A stretch of DNA of 64,000 bases from positions 1 through 64,000 of the IMG/VR virus record IMGVR_UViG_3300027969_000052; one strand, 5' to 3'. This document shows, piece by piece, positions 37,296 through 44,888 of this stretch. Numbering within the stretch: the stretch's first letter is position 1; every line of letters starts with the position of its first letter. The notes under the pieces were generated by a model. That model was not told where the DNA came from. It saw only the letters and a list, made by a program, of their open reading frames with translations, and made no database searches. The position numbers were made by a program, and so were the translations under genes. This DNA comes from a virus.

Positions 37296-38507
37296 ATGCC
37301 AAGACTCTCTTTATACAAGCCAGAAAAAGGTGCCGATTTTAAGTTTATTGACCGCGTGATCAACGAACAATTTCAAGTGGGCGGAACTGATATTTACATA
37401 CACAAATATCTAGGGCCCGTTGCGCCTGAATCAGGGAGTGCGACTCCTGCACTTCCAAATAATACTAATCCTATACCAGAACTAGGTATTCAGGATCTAC
37501 TGTTTATGGAAAATAGAGATAGACATTATTCTCCGGATGTGTATATTTGTAGAGCAATTTATCAAATGCAGGACGTTGCTTTTAACCTAAGTCAATTTGG
37601 TATTTTTTTACAAAACGACACTATACTGTTACATGTGCATCTGCGTTCTAGTGTAGAAATGGTGGGCAGAAAACTAATGCCCGGTGATGTATTAGAATTA
37701 CCGCATTTAAAAGATGAATATGCATTAGATGATGCAATGGTCGCATTAAAAAGATTTTATGTTATAGAAGAAGTTACACGGGCCGCATCAGGATTTAGTC
37801 CTACTTGGTACCCGCATTTATTGCGATTAAAATGTGTACCAATGGTCGATAGTCAAGAGTTTAGCGAAATTCTTGATAAGAAAATTGTTAACCAAAGTAC
37901 GGGTCAAGAACTTGATACTACTATTAGAGATTTGATGTCGACTGCAAATAATCAACTGGCTGTAAATGAAGCGGTGATTGCACAAGCGGAAGCAGATGTT
38001 CCTAGAAGCGGCTACGATACAACTCCATTCTTTGTTTTACCACTAAACAACGAAGGCAAAGTTGATATCGAGGATGTTAGTGATACTAATGTAGACTTAA
38101 CACACGAAGGCGCAATAGATGCTAGTGTTATACTAAGGAGTCCTGAAAAAGACTTTTATGTGGGCTATTTGACCGACGACGGAACGCCGCCGAACGGTGC
38201 TCCCTATAGCTTCGGACTTGATTGGCCAAAAAGACCTGTCAAGGGGCAATTCCATTTAAGAACAGACTATTATCCTATGCGGTTGTTTAGATTTGATGGC
38301 GCACACTGGATTAAGTATGAAGATAATCTACGAATGGATATTACCAACAAGCCACTTGACGGTACCGCAACACATCCTAATTCAGAAACACGCCAAACTC
38401 AAATTACCGGATTTATTAATAATACAACAACTGCTACAATCGCTAATAAGGTTGTGGTACAGCGTCAAGCATTAAGTAAAGTACTACGTGCCAAGGCCGA
38501 CGAATAA
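37296..38507 (+). CDS. gp14: neck/head-closure protein (T4 gp14-like, extended)
   Basis: IQDLLFMENRDRHY, LSQFG, GDVLELP motifs; lies between gp13 and gp15; start MPRLSLY at ATG 37296. Confidence 0.7.
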   Translation: MPRLSLYKPEKGADFKFIDRVINEQFQVGGTDIYIHKYLGPVAPESGSATPALPNNTNPIPELGIQDLLFMENRDRHYSPDVYICRAIYQMQDVAFNLSQFGIFLQNDTILLHVHLRSSVEMVGRKLMPGDVLELPHLKDEYALDDAMVALKRFYVIEEVTRAASGFSPTWYPHLLRLKCVPMVDSQEFSEILDKKIVNQSTGQELDTTIRDLMSTANNQLAVNEAVIAQAEADVPRSGYDTTPFFVLPLNNEGKVDIEDVSDTNVDLTHEGAIDASVILRSPEKDFYVGYLTDDGTPPNGAPYSFGLDWPKRPVKGQFHLRTDYYPMRLFRFDGAHWIKYEDNLRMDITNKPLDGTATHPNSETRQTQITGFINNTTTATIANKVVVQRQALSKVLRAKADE

Positions 38508-38518
38508 GGAGAATTAAA

Positions 38519-39955
38519 ATTCAACATTTTTATGATGGTCAAATAAGACGCTATCTAACACAATTCATGAGATTAATGAGTAGCTTTAGCTATAAAGATG
38601 CTAAGGGCAAACTTATTCAGGTTCCAGTTCGATACGGTGATACTAATCGTCAAGTTGCAAATATTCAACGCAAAAATAGTGAAAACACTATGCCGTCTGC
38701 TCCGATGATTTCTTGCTATATTAAAAATTTAAGTATCGCAAGATCAAGATTACAAGATCCTACTCATGTTAGTAAGGTGCATATTAAAGAACGAGATACT
38801 TGGGTTAATCCTGAAACAGGGCAAGAAGAATACATTAATACTATGGGAGAAAATTATACCGTAGAAAGATTAATGCCTGTGCCTTACGACTTAACATTTC
38901 AAGCAGATATATGGACAACTAATACAGATCAAAAATTACAAATTTTAGAACAATTATTAGTGTTGTTCCGTCCTAGCTTAGAACTACAAACTACCGACAA
39001 CTATTTAGATTGGACTAGTTTAAGTACTCTAGAACTTACAGACATGACTTGGACTAACAGACAAATTCCAGCCGGCACTGAACAAGATATTGACATTGCT
39101 ACTATGCAATTTTTAGCACCAGCATGGTTAACAACTCCTGCAAAAGTTAAACAAATGGGAATTGTTACAAGTATTATTACTTCAATCTTTGTAGAAGCTC
39201 CGGGAACAATTGAAGGCGGTGACTTTAAAAATATCGACTCAGTTAATTACTTTGAAGGAAGATCGCCCTCGAGTATACTAGCAACAACTATAGGAAATTA
39301 TAGTTTGTTGGTTGTAAACAATACCGCTAAACTTGTAGCACCGGGAGTACATGTATCTAATAGTACCGGAGAAGCTCCTGTAAAATATGGATCAGATGTA
39401 AACTGGTATAGAATTCTAGATTTATATCCTGGCAAATTTATTGCGGGATTGACTCAAATTAGACTCATGAAACCTAGTGGTGAAGAAATTAGTGCCCGTA
39501 TTAGTCTAGATCCATTAAATGAATCAATTATGCATTTAGATATAGATGCTGATACAATACCTGCTAACACTGAAGTTCCCCAGGGAAGTGGAAAAACATA
39601 CATAGATGCTATTATAGATCCTACTACATTTGTTCCATCCAATCCAACTAGCGGAATTAGATATCTAATATTAGAAGATATTAATACAGACCCAAATTTA
39701 GCAGTTGCATTAGGTCAAGGTACTGCGGCAACAGCATGGAAAAATAGTGACAATACATATCTAGTAGCAAACGCTAACGACATTATCACCTGGGACGGAA
39801 CTACCTGGTCCGTAATTTTCAGTTCGAAAAGTGTAAGTACGCTAACATATATAACTAACTTACGTACTGGAATACAGTACCTATGGGACGGTGAAATATG
39901 GAGCAAGAGCTTTGAAGGAGAATACGCTCCTGAAAACTGGCGTATTATAATATGA
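38519..39955 (+). CDS. gp15: tail sheath stabiliser/terminator (T4 gp15-like); probable ATT start
   Basis: HFYDGQIRRY N-terminus, VPVRYG, MPVPYDL, DQKLQILEQLL.LF.P; AAGGAG 7 nt before in-frame ATT 38519; first ATG is at 38567. Confidence 0.85.
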   Translation: MQHFYDGQIRRYLTQFMRLMSSFSYKDAKGKLIQVPVRYGDTNRQVANIQRKNSENTMPSAPMISCYIKNLSIARSRLQDPTHVSKVHIKERDTWVNPETGQEEYINTMGENYTVERLMPVPYDLTFQADIWTTNTDQKLQILEQLLVLFRPSLELQTTDNYLDWTSLSTLELTDMTWTNRQIPAGTEQDIDIATMQFLAPAWLTTPAKVKQMGIVTSIITSIFVEAPGTIEGGDFKNIDSVNYFEGRSPSSILATTIGNYSLLVVNNTAKLVAPGVHVSNSTGEAPVKYGSDVNWYRILDLYPGKFIAGLTQIRLMKPSGEEISARISLDPLNESIMHLDIDADTIPANTEVPQGSGKTYIDAIIDPTTFVPSNPTSGIRYLILEDINTDPNLAVALGQGTAATAWKNSDNTYLVANANDIITWDGTTWSVIFSSKSVSTLTYITNLRTGIQYLWDGEIWSKSFEGEYAPENWRIII

Positions 39956-40377
39956 ATATAATTTGTAGTGGTGGAATATTTCTATCTAAAGATACAAAAA
40001 GGCTACTGTTCTTGCATCGTAACCAGGGAAAAACTGCCGGAACTTGGGGTATTGTTGGCGGAAAAAATGAACCAATGGATCAAGCACCCATTGACACTCT
40101 TCAAAGAGAAATTAAAGAAGAATTAGGATTTTTGCCGCAGATTGATAAATTCATTCCTTTAGAACAATACATTTCTAAGGATGAAGAATTTTATTATCAC
40201 ACTTATTTGTTGCTAGTAAAAGAAGAATTTATTCCTAAATTAAACAACGAACATAGTGGATATTGCTGGTGCGATTTAGATCACTGGCCGAAGCCATTGC
40301 ACAACGGCGTACGAGTAACTCTAAATAATAAAATTATAAGAGCTAAAATACAAACCGTAATTGATATCTTAGGTTAA
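39952..40377 (+). CDS. Nudix hydrolase
   Basis: Nudix box GGKNEPMDQAPIDTLQREIKEELG; LNNEHSGYCW...P.PLH. Confidence 0.9.
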   Translation: MNIICSGGIFLSKDTKRLLFLHRNQGKTAGTWGIVGGKNEPMDQAPIDTLQREIKEELGFLPQIDKFIPLEQYISKDEEFYYHTYLLLVKEEFIPKLNNEHSGYCWCDLDHWPKPLHNGVRVTLNNKIIRAKIQTVIDILG

Positions 40378-42069
40378 TTTCTTTCGAACTACTAAAAGAT
40401 AAAAACCGTTCCACCAAGCATTAATATCTTCTTGATCGTTTAATACTACTTTAGAATATAGCACATCGACATTAATTGCACGTATAGCTTCGTCTACTCC
40501 CTGAACTACACCTTCCCAATTAGCGTCATCAACTAAGATAACTGCTTCGTTAGATAAGCACGGTGCATAGTATTTTAAGGCTTTTATTGTAGATCCAATG
40601 TCGTGTGGGCCATCATAGAATAAAAAATCAACATCAGTAATTTCTTCTCTGTTTACCATTAGCATATCGCTTTCGTAAACAATGACTTTATTTTCGCCTT
40701 TGTATCGTTTGACATTGGTAATAAAATCTTCTTTCTTATTTTCCGGCATTACGAACAATTCGTTTGCTGGTTGGAAAGTGTCTTCCCAAGTGTCGACACA
40801 TATTACTTCTAACTTATTATTTTTTAAGGCCGCACATGCTGTTGCTCCTAACGCACTTCCGATTTCTAAATAACGTGTGGAATTGCTTGCAAGTTTATTA
40901 ATTAAACTTTCCATTTTCCAACTTGTTAATCCAATAACATCAATGTCAATATTATTCATTGCACTATGCAATACTGCATCGACTGCATGTTGTACCTTAG
41001 GACTTATCTTTTCTTGTTGTTTCTTACTAACAATTTTATCGCAATACTGACATTCCCAACATTCAAACTTACAGTTCTTAATTTTTTCGCGCCAAATATT
41101 AATTGGTTTTTCTATTAGGTTAGTATCCTCAATAAATTCTTCAAAGCCGTCTGCAAGAATTTCTTCACCTGCAACATATTTGCGAACAATGTCAAGTGTT
41201 TCATTAAATCGGTTTATGCTTTCTCTACCATGCATTTTAAAAACATCAACACCCAAATCAAAGAATTCTTCCCAGTCTGCTCTCCACGGCGGTAAATTAG
41301 CGGTCTTTAAAGGTACCGCAGGATCTTCATGATCCCACTTAGGACAGCTGACTCTGCTAATAGCGTCTGCAAAATACTGTGGTCGATTTTGGTCTCTGGT
41401 ATTATTAAATTCATAATGTTCGTCCATCATTGGGCAAGCCCCTAAACATCCTTCATTTGCTAATAAACTAATAGTAACATCTTTGTTCATTGTTTCTTTA
41501 ACAAACTGTTTGGCTTTTTTTAATCTTAATAATGCATCTCTATCTCGCATTAAATCTCTATCAACACAGATATAATCAAACCCTGCTTTAGCGTAAGCAA
41601 CAAACTCTGCACCTGTTGTTACATTTCTTAAGATCGTATTTTTTACATATAGGTCTGGATACCTATTTTTAATTTGTCCAGTTGCCATCCAGTGTATGTG
41701 CGGAATAATTACAGATCGAATACCTGCGTCATATAATGGTTGAAAGGACTCTAACCATATTTCTAGATATTGTTGGGTTGGGGGTACTTCAATATTATTG
41801 AATGTTGCACACGCAGTTATACCAGTTTCTTGCTGGATATGCAATGCGGCTTCGATAGCCGAAATAGCATCTTGTTGTGTTACAAGCACGTCGCCCATTG
41901 CATCTTGTGCAAAAGGAGGAATCCTTGATGTAAAATATACATCAAAAATCCACTCCTTATATTGTTTACAAAACTCTAAAAAATTATAGAACTGTTGTTC
42001 CGTTAATTTTGGGTTGACCGGCAAGCTGAATATTTTCTGCGTCTTTGACAATGTCTGGTAATCTTTCAT
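40369..42069 (-). CDS. U32-family (Fe-S hydroxylase-type) domain fused to class I SAM methyltransferase
   Basis: N-terminal DAGIRSVII, GFDYICVDRDL, LLANEGCLGACP..DEH, SC, GVDVFKMHGRE (compare U32 KIEGR) and CKFECWECQYC; C-terminal YLEIGSALGAT, CVDTW, FYDGPH, LVDD (Methyltransf_24-like). Confidence 0.8.
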   Translation of the reverse strand: MKDYQTLSKTQKIFSLPVNPKLTEQQFYNFLEFCKQYKEWIFDVYFTSRIPPFAQDAMGDVLVTQQDAISAIEAALHIQQETGITACATFNNIEVPPTQQYLEIWLESFQPLYDAGIRSVIIPHIHWMATGQIKNRYPDLYVKNTILRNVTTGAEFVAYAKAGFDYICVDRDLMRDRDALLRLKKAKQFVKETMNKDVTISLLANEGCLGACPMMDEHYEFNNTRDQNRPQYFADAISRVSCPKWDHEDPAVPLKTANLPPWRADWEEFFDLGVDVFKMHGRESINRFNETLDIVRKYVAGEEILADGFEEFIEDTNLIEKPINIWREKIKNCKFECWECQYCDKIVSKKQQEKISPKVQHAVDAVLHSAMNNIDIDVIGLTSWKMESLINKLASNSTRYLEIGSALGATACAALKNNKLEVICVDTWEDTFQPANELFVMPENKKEDFITNVKRYKGENKVIVYESDMLMVNREEITDVDFLFYDGPHDIGSTIKALKYYAPCLSNEAVILVDDANWEGVVQGVDEAIRAINVDVLYSKVVLNDQEDINAWWNGFYLLVVRKKLT

Positions 42070-42817
42070 CTTTACTCTCTAGCATTTTATCAATCTGGCC
42101 TTGTACGCCCAGTGATATATTATGTATGCCTGCTTGCACCATGCCACTGTATTTCATGGCTAATGATAGCGTTTCGAGCTGATCTTCTTCCGGCATCATT
42201 GAGATGCTTTCCATATTACCAGAACCTACACGACCGTAAGAAATAACATCAATTGCGGCTTGTTTGCCCATACGTGCAATCCAGTACTTGCGTTCTTCGT
42301 CTGGGTTATCCTCAGCATAGTAACGTAAATCTTCTTCAGTTTTAGCAAAATGCTTAACTACATCTAAGAATGCGTTAATTTCGCGTTCGGCTTGAATTAG
42401 TTTGCGTTTATAAATTGTAAGATCGTATTCGTTTTTATCAATGTCTACTTGTAACATTTCTTTTGCGATCTCATCAGTTGCTTCTGCTTGGTCGCGCAAC
42501 CATTTTTTCTTAATTAATTCAGCCTTACGGAGGCTAGTTTTAATTTCTTGATAAGCGTGATAACGAACCTCAAGTTCCATATATGCTTGACGTACTTGGC
42601 GCCATGGAGTTACTTGGCTTCGAGCAACGAAGTTTGCGCATTGGTAAGCAGTCATTCCCATATTGGAATGAATAGCATAATGCATGATTTCTTTTTCAAA
42701 ATCTTCTAGATCATATCGATCTAAAAAGTCTTCGTCTACTCGCTTTGCCCTAGGTTCAGGATGTTTTGAATTAAGTGTATCTTGTATTAATGTTGATTTG
42801 TTAGAATTGGAATCCAT
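41984..42817 (-). CDS. coiled-coil hypothetical protein
   Basis: 277 aa with a long central heptad region; overlaps both neighbours. Confidence 0.75.
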   Translation of the reverse strand: MDSNSNKSTLIQDTLNSKHPEPRAKRVDEDFLDRYDLEDFEKEIMHYAIHSNMGMTAYQCANFVARSQVTPWRQVRQAYMELEVRYHAYQEIKTSLRKAELIKKKWLRDQAEATDEIAKEMLQVDIDKNEYDLTIYKRKLIQAEREINAFLDVVKHFAKTEEDLRYYAEDNPDEERKYWIARMGKQAAIDVISYGRVGSGNMESISMMPEEDQLETLSLAMKYSGMVQAGIHNISLGVQGQIDKMLESKDERLPDIVKDAENIQLAGQPKINGTTVL

Positions 42818-43736
42818 GTGGCACCTCAGTTGTTCTAATGTTACTATCGGGGCCTTCCGTTAGTCCCATTGACTTTGCCTGATTAATCGGTATAGGAAGA
42901 CCAAAATACTGCTCGTATTTAATGTTCATATCCCATACAGTGGTGCATGATTTGAAATCCTTAACTATCTTCTGTTCTTGTACTAATAGATCAGAAAGTG
43001 CGTCTTGATATACTTCGGCTTTTTCTAAAATTCTATTAGCTAGTTCTGTTTTATCTTTACCGTGCTCGACAGCTAGATAATCTAAAAACGGAGTGCGTGA
43101 TCCATTTTGACCTTGTTTGTCTAGCCACTCTCTAGCCTCGTGTTTTTGTGTTTCCCAGCTCACAGCTTCGCATGTGCCACCTGGACGCATACGCAAGAAA
43201 CGACGTTCAAATTCATCTTGTACTGCTTCTCTAGCAAATATAAACATAAATTCAGCTACTTGGGAAACAATATTATCTGTTAGTTCTACTTCGCGTTTGA
43301 TATAGTTAGGAGCATCAGGATTGATTGTCGCTTCAGTGTTTGGAATCCAAATCTTTGCCGCGGCACGATAGTCGCCAAAAAACTGACGGCCATTGAGTGC
43401 AAGTTCTTCTGTTATAAGAGTAACTTTCTCTCCTTGCCAATATGGGCTCAAAGTTTCGTATAAGTGTTCGCTCATGCAAACACAAGTAACTCCTAGCAAT
43501 TGATATAATTCTTGGCACCATAATGCAGGATCGCCAGTAGAAGTATCATACCATTTTGGATCTATAGTATTACAACCTACAATCATAAAAACTTTACCAG
43601 CTTTTACAAAGGGGTTAGCTGGTGTTTCTGGGCCTTGGTATAATGCGGGAGGTAAAGCCTCGACGTTTGGAGCAATCGAAACGTCCCAAAAGTCTACTGA
43701 ATAGTTACCGCTCTGAGATTGCTGTTCTTCTGCCAT
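42801..43736 (-). CDS. tail fibre assembly-like protein
   Basis: C-terminal E..SW..Q..EA..W...TPFL..LA...G.....L..RIL.KA motif, typical of proteins encoded beside fibre genes. Confidence 0.6.
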   Translation of the reverse strand: MAEEQQSQSGNYSVDFWDVSIAPNVEALPPALYQGPETPANPFVKAGKVFMIVGCNTIDPKWYDTSTGDPALWCQELYQLLGVTCVCMSEHLYETLSPYWQGEKVTLITEELALNGRQFFGDYRAAAKIWIPNTEATINPDAPNYIKREVELTDNIVSQVAEFMFIFAREAVQDEFERRFLRMRPGGTCEAVSWETQKHEAREWLDKQGQNGSRTPFLDYLAVEHGKDKTELANRILEKAEVYQDALSDLLVQEQKIVKDFKSCTTVWDMNIKYEQYFGLPIPINQAKSMGLTEGPDSNIRTTEVPHGFQF

Positions 43737-43737
43737 A

Positions 43738-44859
43738 TTATACTCCTGGTCGTCCTGATGATGCTACTGTTGCGGCCGCGCTCATTGCTACGCCCGAGCT
43801 TGCTCCGTAGTGACCTTTGTTACGTGTCGTCGGTCCCATGCGTGTTTGTGCATCGTTATTATAAGTTGTTTTATCGCACATATTATTTTGCTGGCCGTCA
43901 TATTGACCGGTCATATATCCCCAGTCTTGCCCCGCCATCATAACGTCTTCGCCGTATGCAGAAAGTTGGCTAAAATAACTTTGAGCGTTACCGCTTGTGT
44001 CATTGAAACGTACACGACCTTGCTGTACGTTGTTACCTGTTCCAATATAATGCCAACCATACTTAGTTGTTAGACATTTCATAAATCCGTCTGGAGTAAC
44101 ACCAATTGGGCCGCCAAACCAACTGTCATTTGAGTGGTACATACCGCTCTGACCGCCGTTAATAGACCACCAACTAATGTCTTGGCCTGCACCACCAGTA
44201 CAGTTACCACCACCTCGGTTATTACCGTTTGTAGTGTACATAATTTCTGTAGCAAAGTGCATCTTTTCTGTGCCTTGTGGGCCACCGGCTGTTGCATATC
44301 CATATTGGTAATTGGCCGCGCTTGACGCTCCGAATACACGACGACCGGAAGACATGTCCCAACCGCCGACTGTGCCGTATCCCATAACGTCACGAGGATT
44401 ATCACCGTTGTAGCCAAATGAGTACGGACTGAATGTTCCGCCGCCCCATGTACGACTAATACCTGTATATAAGTTAAAGCTAGATGTATGGTTCGATGTG
44501 CCGCCAAAGCCGTTGTTCATACCTAGAGCATAACCGTTGTAATCTGAATAAAATCCGTCCATGTAGTCGCCAGCGCGATCTACTTGTTCACCACAATAAT
44601 ATGTTATTTCAGAAAGCATCCATGTTTTATTCAACGCTCTCCAAGAATTACTGCCCTTGTAGCCAGCGCAACTAAATCCGTGAGTAATAATGCTACGATA
44701 TCGATATCCAGCTACTGGATTGCCGCCTGGGAATCCTGGATAACTCCAGTACGCTTGTGTTCCGTCAGTTACTAAGGTAGCGCCCCTAGATTGCGAATCA
44801 GCGGAAGGTAAGGGATATATTCCGGGGATTACGTTTGTGTTACCAATGTATAAAGGCAT
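43738..44859 (-). CDS. Gly/aromatic-rich repeat protein, putative beta-propeller fibre-tip/adhesin
   Basis: Roughly six kelch-like units (GFSCAGY, GYALG, GYATAGG, WWSING, HYIGTG, GYMTGQY); own TAAATA (44891-44886) and AGGA SD. Confidence 0.6.
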   Translation of the reverse strand: MPLYIGNTNVIPGIYPLPSADSQSRGATLVTDGTQAYWSYPGFPGGNPVAGYRYRSIITHGFSCAGYKGSNSWRALNKTWMLSEITYYCGEQVDRAGDYMDGFYSDYNGYALGMNNGFGGTSNHTSSFNLYTGISRTWGGGTFSPYSFGYNGDNPRDVMGYGTVGGWDMSSGRRVFGASSAANYQYGYATAGGPQGTEKMHFATEIMYTTNGNNRGGGNCTGGAGQDISWWSINGGQSGMYHSNDSWFGGPIGVTPDGFMKCLTTKYGWHYIGTGNNVQQGRVRFNDTSGNAQSYFSQLSAYGEDVMMAGQDWGYMTGQYDGQQNNMCDKTTYNNDAQTRMGPTTRNKGHYGASSGVAMSAAATVASSGRPGV

Positions 44860-44888
44860 GTTATTAGCTTCCTATATTTGTTATATAT

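Noticed and set aside
40369-42069. Annotation as a collagenase/protease (literal 'peptidase U32') or as a radical SAM enzyme
   Set aside because: Characterised U32 proteins are hydroxylases; the CxxxCxxC-like motif lies after the barrel and has a fourth Cys, unlike the N-terminal radical SAM motif
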